From NCBI GenBank assembly GCA_013239625.1, contig MU053823.1:503565-567564 (forward strand): a stretch of DNA of 64,000 nt. Direction: 5' to 3'. The translations under genes were made by a program, and so were the position numbers. Positions 25,576-37,795 of the stretch are shown piece after piece. Within the stretch, counting starts at the first letter, position 1. The number at the start of each line of letters is the position of its first letter. Under the pieces are notes generated by a model that was not told the origin of the DNA, did not search any database, and saw only the letters and a list, made by a program, of their open reading frames with translations. The DNA is from Lama guanicoe (taxonomy: Eukaryota).

Positions 25576-26754
25576 GGAAACGAGAATTGAAAATCTATGT
25601 AAAAATGAAAAAAAAATCCTAGGAAATCACAACATACCAAAAATGCCTGAAGGAAAAATCCTGAAGAGTTTTGTGCGTATTTTTAATTGACTCAAGGTAA
25701 AACTGTGTCACAAAGGGGAAAAAAAATAGGTTGGGGTATTATTAGCAGCCATAGGCTTAAAATGTGAACAAACGAACAAACACGGAGCCACAAAGGCTAC
25801 TCACTCAGTCCTCGATCCAGGAGGATTCTGAGTAAACAGCAGCGGAAGGACGCAGTTCTCAGTCGCCACTGACTCAGCTCCATCCTTCTGCCTAAAATGT
25901 GAAGGATAAGGTGCTGTTCATCGTTCTGGCAGCAGATGGCGCCATTGGGACATATACAACTCACCAGCGGTTAAAAAGCTAAAAGGATCTTCGGAGATCC
26001 TTCTATGATCGATTTAAAAGAGGGGTCCTTCGTGATTACGATTGGCAAAGTTCCTGACCCTAATGCATCTAACCTGGTAGGAATTGTAAATCCTGGTAGG
26101 CACAGGCACACGAACGCGAGGGGAAGTTGTGGATATGGCAGAGAAGCAGGGATTTTATTTAGGTTTCAGGATTTGCTCCCGAAAAGAATTTAAATGTGAA
26201 GCCTTCTTCAAGCCTGTGACATCTTTGACTAGAGATCATCTTTCGCTCCTATCCCGGAGAAATACAAAGATGTTTACCAGGAAGCCTGTCCAGAGGCAGG
26301 TAAGGAGTCAGCAGAGAGACTCAAAACGACCTAGGGAAAATAGGATTTTTAATTAAGGAGAAATGTTTGCACCACTGCCTCCTCCAGTGCTGCAAAGCAT
26401 CCTTGGGATGAAGGCTAAGTTGTGCAGGAGAGAATGAAAATATCTGCTTTAAGAGAAGGAAAATCATCCTCTGACCAATACACCTGTGTTTGAATTGGGT
26501 AAGAATGCAAGATATGTGTATCTAAAGGAGTCGTTAAGGTTTTGCTTCATGTTGTTGTTTTGCTTTTTATGAACAGTCTTGTCAATTAATTATTAACAAA
26601 ATAGTTTTATGTGATCTGATTATAGAACACCCTTACCCAACATACACACACTACTGACAAAAGCTAAGCACAAAGTGATGCCCATGGGTGGTAGGCACAG
26701 CTCTCTGGTACTGACTGTCTGGAAACAAAATATCCATGGTCCAATGCCCCCCCC

Positions 26755-26802
26755 NNNNNNNNNNNNNNNNNNNNNNNNNNNNNNNNNNNNNNNNNNNNNN
26801 NN
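26755..26802. other. Assembly gap (48 N)
   Basis: Run of N flanked by C-rich tracts. Confidence 0.99.
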
Positions 26803-27624
26803 ATGGTCCCCTCCCCCCCCCCGCCCTCCCCCGCCCCACCAGTATTAGAGTCATTTTACAGTGAACAGAGTCTAGTGGTGATTTCAGGAAAATATTTTAA
26901 AAATTAAATGGCCTTTCGTGTGTAATGCTTTGTACAGTAAATATTATGATGCCCATTATACAGATGTGGAAATCAAATCGTGGAAACCTAAATGTTTGAC
27001 CTAAGTCACAGAGCTAGAAAGTGGAGAAACTAAAACCAGATTTGAGTTAAAAATTATGCTATGTGGACTCATTTTCCGGGCGAACGAATAAAATACGTGT
27101 TTGGGAGTCAGAAAGTCGGGGCGAGGGGGCGCTGCCTTTTCTAGACTAGGGACAGGCTGAAACCGCGGGATCTCATCTCATCTGTGCCTGCAGTAGGTGG
27201 CTCTGCCAAGAATCTCCCTTCTCAGACACTGAGTTTGTCCATTATTCACCTGCCATCTTCTACCAGCTGCAAAATATATTCATTGTTCCTACTCCTGGAA
27301 CTTAGAGAATTTATAGTGTTGGAGGTTGGGCGAGGGGGGTTGGGTATCGCTCAAACAGTAGAGCGCATGCTTATCAAGTACGAGGTCCTAGGTTCAATCC
27401 CTGGTACCTCCTTTAAAAACAAATAATTTTAAAAAACCTAATTACCTCCCCCTGCACAAAAAATATATATTACTATAGTGTTAGAGAATTAGAGAAACAA
27501 TTTATAGTGTTAAAAACCTGGTTGCTCTGGAGGAAAGGGCCTAGAGTGGACTGTCGAGGGAATCAGAATTCCGCACAGATTCAGTTGCAGTGTGAACCGG
27601 GAAAGCAATATTAATACCATCAGA

Positions 27625-27735
27625 GCAGTCGTTCTCAACTAGGGGCGGTTTTTTCCCTGGGGACATTTAGCAATGTCTGGAGCCACTTTCGGTAGTTACT
27701 GAGGGAGTAGGTGCTACTGGCATCTAGTAGGTAAA
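27625..27735 (+). mobile_element. MER20 fragment
   Basis: CAGTCGTTCTCAAC-AGGGGCGGTTTT...GGACATTTAGCAATGTCTGGAG...GCTACTGGCATCTAGTAGG. Confidence 0.7.
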
Positions 27736-28265
27736 GGAGGGGCAGGGACTAGGGTGGGGCAAACGGAGGAGCACTTTATTTTAATGGAGGGACTGGGGAT
27801 TGAGCCAAGGACCCGCTGCGTGCTAAGCGTGCACCCTACCACGGAGCTACACCCTTACCCCTGGAGAAGCACTTTAAAACCTCGGTATTCAACTGTAATT
27901 CTTTATCTCTTATCCCACAGTAGTTTTGTATTTGTGGGCTCATTTTATCCCATGAGAACTGGTATCTTAAGTTTCATTTTGTAGGTGAGAAAATAGAGAA
28001 AAGAATTTACTTCTAAGGGATGTACAATAATTCAAGAGTTGACGCTGGATTTCCTGACTTGTGAGTAATATACTTCCCATTATAATAAATTGGAACTATT
28101 GTCATAAAAAAAAAATAAAAGTTATATAAGGAAATCTTAAAAATAATAGTGATAATTTGCTTAGATATTAGTGTCAATAAATGTTATTTAAGTTATATTG
28201 CTATGAAGATTGTAAAGATCTCCACACTAAAATGTCAAATAAATAAAACATATCTGTAACATCTG

Positions 28266-28806
28266 TGTTACAGGGGAAGAAAAAACTCTTTTTCCTTCTA
28301 CTTTCCTAGGTTCTCTGGCTGGAGCCCTGTAGAATTAAACTGCAAAAGACAGATTAGCAAGGGGAAAACAAATAAAGGTTTTTTAGCTTGTGCATTGCAC
28401 ATATACAAGGGAGACGGTAGAGATGAGTAACTCAAAGGAGTGGTTAGAATGTGGTCTAATATAGCATCTTGACAAAATGACAATGAACTTTTAGAGAAGG
28501 GACAAGATAAGGGAAAAGGTCTGATTTTCTAGGACAGCAAATTGTGGGCAGGTAAGTGCTTGAGGGAAACAGAGGAAGGTTTGTTTGTGCAGGTGCATCT
28601 TGACACTGACTGTCTGTCTTCATGGACATAAAACTCTCCCAGGAGAGGAGATGAATGCAATCTCCAGTTTTCAGAGACTTTTGCTTTTAGTCAAACAAGG
28701 GAAGCTCCTGGGAGGTGTCTTTCTGCATCTGTTGATTCTCACTTGCCTTCAGCTCAAAATAACCTTTATGGCATATTTTGGGCTGGCCTGCTCTGGTCCC
28801 CTACGA
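28266..28806 (-). mobile_element. Solo LTR (ERV1-like)
   Basis: Typical CTTCAGCTCAAAATAA...GGCATATTTTGGG...CTGGTCCCCTAC end and AGACAGATTAGCAAGGGGAAAA motif. Confidence 0.6.
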
Positions 28807-30499
28807 TGTCAAACAAACATGATGAAATAGAGCCAATTATAAAAACACAAAGGTGTTGGGGTGGAGGTATAGCTCAGTGGCAGAGCATGTATGTACTCAG
28901 TGTGCACGAGGTTCTGAGCACAACCTCCAGTATCCCTGTTAAAAACAAAAAACTCCAAAACATAAAGGTTTTAATAGTTCCTAAATTCCCTGTAGAAAAC
29001 ATCTTTAACCCAGTAATCCTGTTTCAGGAGCCATACAATTCGTTTGACCAGCAATCTTGACCTTGAAACTTTGGGATTTTTTTAAATCGTATTTAGAGAC
29101 AACAGCTCAAGAAACCATTCTCTCCTTGCATTAAGTGCCCTTAGGGTAGGAAAAAAAAATCATATTTTGAGACATAAGATTTTCGTTAGTAATACGTACA
29201 AGTGTGACCTATTTTTCCAATTTTCTGCTTGCATTTATTAGGTTAAAGGAGACAAAAACTTTCAAATTGTTTTTTGGAGAATGAAATCCTTTAAAGCCGT
29301 AGGTTTACATTATATGTTTATGCATAAAGGGAAAAAGAGGGCATTCCAGAGCTCCACTTCTGACTAAAAACATGAACGGTAAAAACAGGCAAAGTTTTTT
29401 TTTAAAAAGGAACCCCCCCGCCCCCCCCCCGCCAAATCTGTTCAGAAAAACAGCGATTTCAACGATTTCAATTTGAATATTGTTACCATGGCAACATATT
29501 GTCAGGCAAGGAAACAAAACAGAAAAGTAGTCTTTAGGGTTTACGATTCTGTTTTATTGCTGGCAAGGTAGAGGGAGGGAGGGAGAGAGGAGCTTTGGTA
29601 AGAGGTTAGGGGTCAGACCATCCAGGGTGAAGTTTAGAATTTATCCGATAGTGGTAAGAACCATTCGAGGCAATGTAGAGGCAGGACCAGATTATCTTTT
29701 AAATTATCTCTGGGTTGGATGGAAAGAACTTGTTGGAGAGAGGTGAGAGGTGACGTAAGTAGATCACTTGGGCAGATTTTAGAGCATTCTTTGCAAGAAG
29801 TAATGGTCACCTGGACCACGGATAGGGTGGAGATGGAGACATGTGGACCAGTTCAAGAGATGTTTATGAGGTGAAGTCATGTGACCTGGTGATCGATTGG
29901 AAACGGAAGATTGGACCAGATTGCCTTTCATAAAGGAGATCACAGAATTGGGTAAGTGGTATCTACAGCGTTTACTCAAGTATACAGTGAAAAGAAGAAA
30001 CAGTTCAATGTTAATTTTCCAAATTCCAGCCTTAAATGTATTGTTTCAGGAGGATGAGAGGATGAAAGGATTTGAGGAAACAAAAACTTTCTAAGGTACT
30101 TTGCAGAGGATACGGCTGCCAAGGAGATAAAGAAAAAAGTTCAGAGAAGCAGGAGGGAAGCCAAGGATCAAGGAAGCCAAGAGCAAAACTAAGGTCTCAC
30201 ATTGTTATCAGTAGTTCCGTAGTTTTATAAACAGCCATGCTCAAATGCAGTGATTTTTTTCAGCCAGTAAATGTCTCCCTCACTTCTGTGGTTGCATAAA
30301 TAAATCAGTGTGCTGTGTTTCATAAAAAGTACCGGGACTTACAGACCTCTGCCATCCAAAACTCTGCAGGTATAGGTTTTTCTTAATGAAAGTGAAATTT
30401 TATAATAAAGCATCATTAGTCTGATGTGCATGGATATACTTGTGGGTATAATTACGGCATCTATTATTTTATACCTTAGGGAGGATGAATTAATGGTGT

Positions 30500-31320
30500 C
30501 TTTTGGTGTTTCTGGACCCAATTCCAACATGGGGTGGGCAGGGTGTGGTTCCTCACATCCACGACAAGCAATTCTCAGCACATCAGCTGGGTGTCCAACA
30601 ATTCAATTCAATTCTGACACTATCGACCCAGATTCCGCAGGTTAAGGGCTCCGTCCTACAAGACTGCTCCCCTGCCCGCTCCTCCAACTTCAGAAACCAG
30701 TTTCTAGTTCACGTTGTCACCTGGGCTTCTGACCAGCCTGCTGTAACACGGACGTTTCAACAACCCCCTCCTTGGGTTTGATTCATGTTAGAGAGGCTTA
30801 CAGAACTCAGATGTTTTACTTCCTAGGTTTATTTACTTGTTAGCTTATTACAAAGGATGTAACTCAGGAATAGCCAGGTGGAAGAGACACATAGCGCAGG
30901 GTCTGTGGGAGGGGGCTCGGAGCTGCCACACCCTCTCCAGGTGCGCATTCTCCTTGTATCTCCACGTGTTCACTAACCTGGAAGCTCAGAACCCTTTCCT
31001 TTTGGGCTCTTAGGGAGGCGTCATAACAGGCACGATTAAATCATTGGCCACTGGTGAGTAATTCAACCTCTAGCCTCTCTCCCCTCCCCAGAGGTGTGTG
31101 TGTGTGTCTGTTGGGAGGGGACTGAACGTTCCATCCTTCTAATCACATGTTAGGTTCTCCTAGCCACTAGCCTCCATCCTTAGGTGGGGTCCCAAAGTCA
31201 CCTCATTGACATAACAAATGACAGTTTTGTAGGTCTCATCTCTCAGGAAATTTCAAGGGTTTTAGGAGCTTGGTACCAGAAACGGGACAAAGACAAATAT
31301 GTATTATTATTAATCACAGT
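30500..31320 (-). mobile_element. MER21-like LTR
   Basis: CAATTCAATTCTGACACTATC, GGTTAAGGGCTC-GTCCTACAAGACTGC, AATTTCAAGGGTTTTAGGAGCT motifs. A small related fragment lies at ~21865-21935. Confidence 0.7.
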
Positions 31321-32182
31321 ATCGCAGGTGTCTTAATGGTTCTGATGGGAAGGAGTATACTGGTCCAGAGGTTTCCTAGGAGATTATTTGGAATCAAGCC
31401 TATTGGAAAAGGAAGGCAAGATCAACTTCACCTGTTTTCAGTCATCTTTAAGAATTATATTCTAGCTGAGGGGAGGGTATGGCTCAGTGGTAGAGTGCAT
31501 GACTAGCATGCACAAGGTCCTAGGTTCAATCCCCAGTACCACCATTAAAATAAAAAAAGAGAGAATTATGGAGACACAGGCATATCCTGAATACTGGGTA
31601 CATCAGACAGAGTACATTTTCACTGTTTCCACTGCATGCACAGTGGCTAATGTTGACTGGCATTAACTAAATAGGACCCTGTAATCTGATAAAAAGACAG
31701 GAGTAATGTCACAACAAGTGCTATGTATCCTTGGAAAATTCAGTCAACTCCTGCCTCCCCATCTCTAAGGACCAAGTATTTCAGTTACTCCATCATCTCC
31801 CACCTCCAGTGGAATTTCCCACGGAGACCACTGTTGATCAGCTAAGGAGGGTATTTAGCACAGCGACAATTCACTCTGAAGTGTTACTATTTTTTCTCCG
31901 TTGCTTTCTCTCTTCTTTCAACAGTCTCTGCTGCCGCTTCCTACTCAGAATTTCTTAAATGAGCATCAGTGACTTAACCATCGGCCGTGATAAAACTGCA
32001 TCCTTTCAACCTGAGTGGCTGATCCCAGAAGAGAGAGATGATTCCAAAAGAACAGATACGATTCCTAAAGAAGTCTCAGCTGGAGACACTGTTATCTGGA
32101 AGGAGACACGGCTGACAGACTGGATTCTGAGCTCTCTATCTGCCCCAACAAACCTATATATGAACCTTCTCTTTAGATGTAC

Positions 32183-32269
32183 TTTTTTTTTTTTAATGGA
32201 GGTACTGAGGACCCAGGACCTCGGGCATGCTAAGCATGTGCCCTACCACTGAGCTACACCCTCCTCCCC
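32183..32269 (-). mobile_element. vic-1-type SINE inserted in the last exon of the relic gene
   Basis: Poly-T, then AATGGAGGTACTGAGGACCCAGGACCTCGGGCATGCTAAGC...GAGCTACACCCTCC. Confidence 0.8.
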
Positions 32270-32484
32270 AGCTTCTCATTCTTGAAGTCAAGTCTCTTTG
32301 GCCCTCCTTGGGGCCAATCTTAAGAAACATGTCTTAGAAGTCAGGACAGATCTTGTCTAGCTGTTGCTGATACCGTGTAAGGAACAAGCAAGGGTCTCTG
32401 TCTTTTCTTAGGATCAACATAACTTCAATCCTCTTTCTCTAGAGAGATTGTACCAATAGTCAATCTGGAAAAGAAAGTCTGTCT

Positions 32485-32740
32485 AGTCCAATGGCTCTCA
32501 AATTTGGTTCCACACTGGTGTCACCAGAAGGAGCTTTAAAAAACACTGACCCCTGGGATCCACACCCCCCCCCAACATTCTGACTTAATTGGCTTCTGCA
32601 CATCAGGACTTAAACTCCTCTAATGGTTCCAGCACTGAGAGCCATCGATCTAGTCCAGTGTTGTTCAAACTTCTGTGAATCACCGAGGGATCTTGTTAAA
32701 ATGCAGAAGCTGACTCAGTAGACATTGGGAGGGACCCAAT
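32485..32740. mobile_element. MER5-type DNA transposon fragments, in a predicted intron of the relic gene
   Basis: CTCTCAAATTTGG...GGAGCTTTAAAAAACACTGACCCCTGGG and GAATCACCGAGGGATCTTGTTAAAATGCAGA motifs. Confidence 0.6.
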
Positions 32741-34606
32741 TTTCAGATGGAGTCTCCTGTGAACACAGTCACATCAAGAATTTCAATTCTCTCATTTTCT
32801 AGGGCCAACTGGGAAAACGTTCCCAGCTCCAGGAGTTTTAATGCACCCAGATGGCTCAAGAATTCTGCATTAATAGTATGTTTGTATGCTGATGGGAAAG
32901 ATCAGATACTGAGGAAAATCGAGATGATGTAACAAAGAGCAGTAAGAATTCCCAGAGTAATGACCTTGAGCAGTGAGAGAAGATGAGATCAAGTACAAAA
33001 CAGGAGGTTCTAGCCTTAGGAGTGTGGACATTTCGTGCGAGGACAGTTCATCATGCAGAACTATGTCGGCTTTTTTTGTAGTTTCAATGGAGGAAGCATA
33101 TCTTCTTATATTTCCAAGATTCTCTTTACTCAAAGTTTCTTGTCAGGAAGGTCTGCGTGCTCAAAGCTGAACACAGGAAAAGAAGCAGTTCGGAGAAGCT
33201 TACAACTGGCAGTATGGAAAAATCAGAGCGTTTTTTAACATAGAGAAATGGAGAAAGAATATTTTGGCCCTCCAACTGAGAAATGAGCCAATAGCGGTTT
33301 TTGTATTTTGTACTGAATGCTGAGATTTATAGATAATTAATTGCTCGGGGAGAAAAAAAAAAAAAGATCCTGCACCTCTGAACTCTCCCTGACACTGTCG
33401 GTGTCTCGCTGCTAAAACAGGCACCCAGGCCAGGGGCTGCTTGGAACTGATCAATAGCCACAGATCCATTTGCTTACCGTTTGCTTCTCAGATACACTTC
33501 TTCTTATTTCGGTTAATGGTATTTCTGGGAAGACAGCTCCAAACTGTCTTGCCCTAAATTGAATTCACATCGATTCATCAAAGCATGACATTTTTATGAC
33601 TCTAAAGACAAAAACTGCAGTAATAATCTGCACTTAACCATTCCAGATACTTTTTCAGTGAAATATTTATTTTCATCCTGTTATCAGATTATTTTTAATA
33701 TTGGGACTTTTTACATCAAAAGCCCAAGCCACTTGCAACACCCCAGGCCTTCATTCCTCATGTCTAAAATATGGGTGTTGGAACGCTGGTTTTAATACTT
33801 CATTCTAAGGCGGTGGAGCTACAGGACTTCACAAACGCTTTACCCAAATGGAAGTTGATGCTGACCTAAGACTATGATTTTCGTTCTTTTGTGTGTGTGT
33901 GTGTGTGTGTGTATTTTATTGAAGTATAGTCAGTTTACAATGTTGTATCAATTTCTAGTGTACAGCATAATGCTTCAGTCATATATGAACATACATATGT
34001 TCATTTTCATATCCTTTTTCACCACAAGTGACTACAAGATATCAAATATAGTTCCCCGCACTATACAGCGTGAACTGGTTGTTTATCTGTTCTATATACA
34101 TCAGTTAGTATCTGCAAATCCCTAACTCCCAGTTTATCCCCTCCCGCCCCCCTCCTCCCAGAAGTGCAATTTTCATCCATCTTTGGAGTTCCAGTTTCTC
34201 TAATCCAGCTGCCTTACTGATCTTACTAATAAACTTTATAGTAAGCAAATATTGTACATTTGAACTTATAAATTTACTCTGATGTTTTAAAATTGTTTTC
34301 CTTACTGTGTAGAGTGCTACATAAGATTTTGTTGGGGAGAAACATGGCTTTACTGTTTTAGCAACAACAGTAAGTTTGAAAACTCATGAGCTGGAGGAGC
34401 TCAAGGTTGTGCTCAGCTCAGACTATGAGATTATATACAAACAGCATCTCAACCTTCTGGTTCCAGAGAGCATTAAAGCCAGGCCTTGCCCTAACCGCGC
34501 TCATCCCCTTGAACTAATCCCCTTGCAGGACCGGGGCCCATTCCCTACAATTTTTTTCATTTTTGAAAAATCACTCAAAGGATCTAATGGTGTCTTTGCA
34601 CTTTTT

Positions 34607-35320
34607 TTTAAATTGAAGTATAATTGATTTACAATATTGTGTTAGTTTCAGGTGTACAGCAAAGTGATTCGGTAATAACATATATATGTATATATCTATA
34701 TTAATTTTTTTCCATTCTCTTCCATTATGGGTTATTCAAAAGTACTGAATATAGTTCCCTGTGCTAGTTGTTAACACCTTGTTGTTTACCTATTTTGTAT
34801 ATAGTAGTGTGTGTCCATACTAATAGTTTATCCCCCTCACCTTTCCCTTTTGGTAACCACAAGTTTGTTTTCTATGTCTGTGAGTCTTTCTGTTTTGCAG
34901 ATAAGTTCATTTGTCTCATTCTTTTTTAGATTCCACATTTAAGTGATATCATATAATATTTGGTTTTGACTTACTTCACTTAGTGTGATAACCTCTAGGT
35001 CTAGCAACATTCGTATGTTGCTGCAAATGGCATTATTTCATTCTTTTTTATGGCTAATATTCCATTGTGTATATATACCACATCTGCTTTATCCATCTGT
35101 TGATGGACACTTAGGTTGCTTCCATGTCTTGGCTATTATAAATAGTGCCACTATGAAGTGGCAGTGGAGTGCATGTATCTTTTTGAATTAGAGTTATTGT
35201 CTTTTCCAGATGTATGCCCAGGAGTGGGATTGCTGGATCATATGGTAGCTCTATTTTTAGGTTTTTAAGAAAACCCCACACTGTTTTCCATCGTGGCTGC
35301 ACCAATTTACATTCATGATG
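34607..35320 (-). mobile_element. LINE-1 3' end, antisense
   Basis: TTGAAGTATAATTGATTTACAATATTGTGTTAGTTTCAGGTGTACAGC...GGGATTGCTGGATCATATGGTAG; ORF 35111..35305 resembles the L1 ORF2 C-terminus ([14 protein letters not shown]). Confidence 0.9.
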
Positions 35321-36986
35321 GTATCAGTTTTCTAGAAAACAAATCTCGCCCATGAATGTAAAAAATTATTTAGAAATTTCTTACTAATTTTTAAAGGTTA
35401 ACTGTGATCCTATGCTTCTCACCTCCTGGAGAAAACCCACAGTCTTGCAAACATCTCCCTTTTCACACTACAGTGTAAGCCCTCCCAGCTCTGGTCCCTG
35501 TCTACTTTGTTCACTAATGTATCCCAAAGCCCTAGAATATTGCCGAGCACATGCTGGGCCTTCGGTAAGGACCTGATGAATTAATTAATTAGCATGACTC
35601 CTATGCAGTGCTGTCTTCTTGCCGAATTTAGAAATTTGCAATAGTGGCACTTTCCTTCATTTTTTAGTGTCAATATCATGTACGTAAGAGCTCTCTTTTT
35701 CCTTTTACTTCTCTTTTTGACCCTTGACTCCCGAAGGCTGAGACAAGCTTGGACTATTCCACTTTCCCTCATGGGCAGTGATATTGCACAGAAAAACGCA
35801 AAGCTTCCGAGCTCTGCTTCCAAGCAAAGTCTGCATGTGCACTGCTCACAGGCCCGATGGCCCCTCCACACACACGGTCATTCTTGTGCCTCAGTTTCTC
35901 CTGTGTCCACCTCCTACCCTGTGATTCCTTAGGAGAGTGAACCCTACCTGCCAAGGAGATGTCCCTACCTGTTCCCAAATGTACTCCCAATAGAAAATCT
36001 TCCCTGCAAATTTCAGGAAGATACCCTGAATTGTTGGAATCTGTCCAGTAGATTCATAGCTAGAGAAAATGTCTCTGTGTTAAGGCCAAAGAACTGAGTT
36101 AGACTTAGAAGAAATTTTTCTTTACGTATTTCAATAAAAATGTTTATTTAAACAATGTAGGACAGATAAAATCATGGAATACACGAAAGTGGTTTTAAAT
36201 TGAAAAAGCATTAATGATGGCAACAGATTGAAAAATATCAAATACATAAAATTCTTGACCTCACGATGCTATACTGATAACAAAGCCTATGGATGGTTCC
36301 TAGAGCACCAATGTGCTTTTTTCCTAACACCTTTATTGTGATACGGTTCCTGTACAGTAAACTACTCATATTTCAGATGTACAGTTTGATGAAACCACTA
36401 CCACAATCAAGAGAGCTCACATTTCCATCACTCCCCAAGAGGGGGCAGCAATCAACTTTTAATGGTTGGGATTAAATGAGCCAAGCTTTCTAGCACTTGC
36501 TGCTATGGTACTCCTCCTACGTGCCAGGGTCAGGCAAGGTCCAGGGGGCTCACAGCGAACAAAGTATATCCACCTTCTTAAGTTAGGCCAGCCGAGCAAC
36601 CTGCATCGTACCCAGCTTCGGGCATCCCGAGCCCTTGAGGGCAACTCTTCTCTGGCTGACCGCTCCACCTCTTTCAGCTCTGCCCCTAGGACTGCTGGAC
36701 CGTTACCCCTTTCTAATCTAATTAAAGCCAGTGAAGCCTGTAATTCACTGGACATGGGAAATGCCTTGGCGACTTTGAATACCCAGTTGTGAGCATCCGA
36801 TTTTAGGTATTCCTCAAGCCACGAATCGTTGGCAGAGATGTCAGTTAGCAGTGGGGCTGTCCATGGCCGACACAGTGGACGTCTCGCCCCCTTTAGCCTG
36901 TCCTTGTAACTCCTACGAAGGGATAGAAAGAAAGCAGTAGAGGAACAAGGTTTGAACAAGTGTGAAAAATTCTTGAGATGACTCAT

Positions 36987-37795
36987 GAGGGTATTATGAG
37001 TGAAATAAGTGAAATAAGTCCGTCAGAGAAAGGCAAATACTGTATGATAACTCTTACATGTGGAATCTAAAAAATACAACAAACACATGAATATAACAAA
37101 AAAGAAGCAGACTCACAGCTATAGAGAGAAAACTAGTGGTGACCAGTGGGGATGGGGAAGGGGGAGGGGCAACATAGAGGTAGGGGACTAGGAGGTACAA
37201 AGTATTAGGTACAAAATAAGCTACAAGGATGTATTGTACAACATAGGGGATATAGTCAATATTTTGTAATAACTATAAGTGGAGTATAACCTTTATAAAT
37301 TGTGAATGACTGTACAGTACACCTGTAACTTATATATGGTAGGGAAACCAAAGAGGAAGATACAAGTTAAAATACTACTGGAATTAGATAAAGAAGATGA
37401 GGCATATCTGTATAATGGAATATTATTCGGCCATAAAAAAGAATAAAATGTTGCCATTTGCAACAATATGGATGGACTTGGAGGGTATTATGCTAAGTGA
37501 AATAAGTCAGTCAGAGAAAGACAAATACTGTACAGTAACACTTGTATGTGTAATCTAAAAACTACAACAATTTAGTGAATATAACAAAAAAGAAGCAGAC
37601 TCATAGATATAGAGAATAAGCTAGTGGTTATCAGTGAGGAGTGGGGAAGGTGTAATAGAGAGGTGGGGGAGTGGGAGGTACAAACTGTTGAGTGTAAGGT
37701 AGGCTCAAGGATGTATTGTACAATATGGGGCATGTAGCCAATATTTTGTAATAATTGTAAATGGAAAGTAACCTTTAAAAATTGTATAAAAATGT
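36987..37795 (+). mobile_element. Two adjacent LINE-1 3' end fragments (~36987-37340 and ~37404-37795)
   Basis: Both carry GAGGGTATTATG...GTGAAATAAGTC...AGAGAAAG-CAAATACTGTA...AAAAAGAAGCAGACTCA. Confidence 0.85.

Larger units (their letters stand above)
31800..36912 (-). pseudogene. Decayed intron-containing gene of unrecognised family (core exons)
   Basis: Phase-compatible exon chain 36912-36574, 36059-35969, ~35784-35684, 33601-33478, 33166-32965, 32888-32773, 32464-~31800, with polypyrimidine/AG acceptors and GT donors. Carries in-frame TGA/TAA stops, a frameshift, one lost acceptor and a SINE in the last exon. Confidence 0.6.

Noticed and set aside
26735..26830. Repeated ATGGTCC plus C-run on both sides of the N gap as a biological repeat
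   Set aside because: Most likely overlapping low-quality contig ends around a homopolymer.
35820..35855. CTCRLC peptide resembling the DPPA3 CxCxxC motif
   Set aside because: Only six residues, in a predicted intron of the relic gene, with no other DPPA3 similarity.
36459..36986. 175-aa - strand ORF as an endogenous bornavirus-like nucleoprotein (PW...PNL...STI spacing is loosely reminiscent)
   Set aside because: Identity by eye is very low and there is no poly-A or TSD. A strong internal splice acceptor and phase-compatible neighbouring exons explain it better as a cellular exon. An HMM search would settle it.
36987..37795. Tandem duplication of unique sequence
   Set aside because: Two diverged LINE-1 3' ends with different truncation points, consistent with independent insertions.
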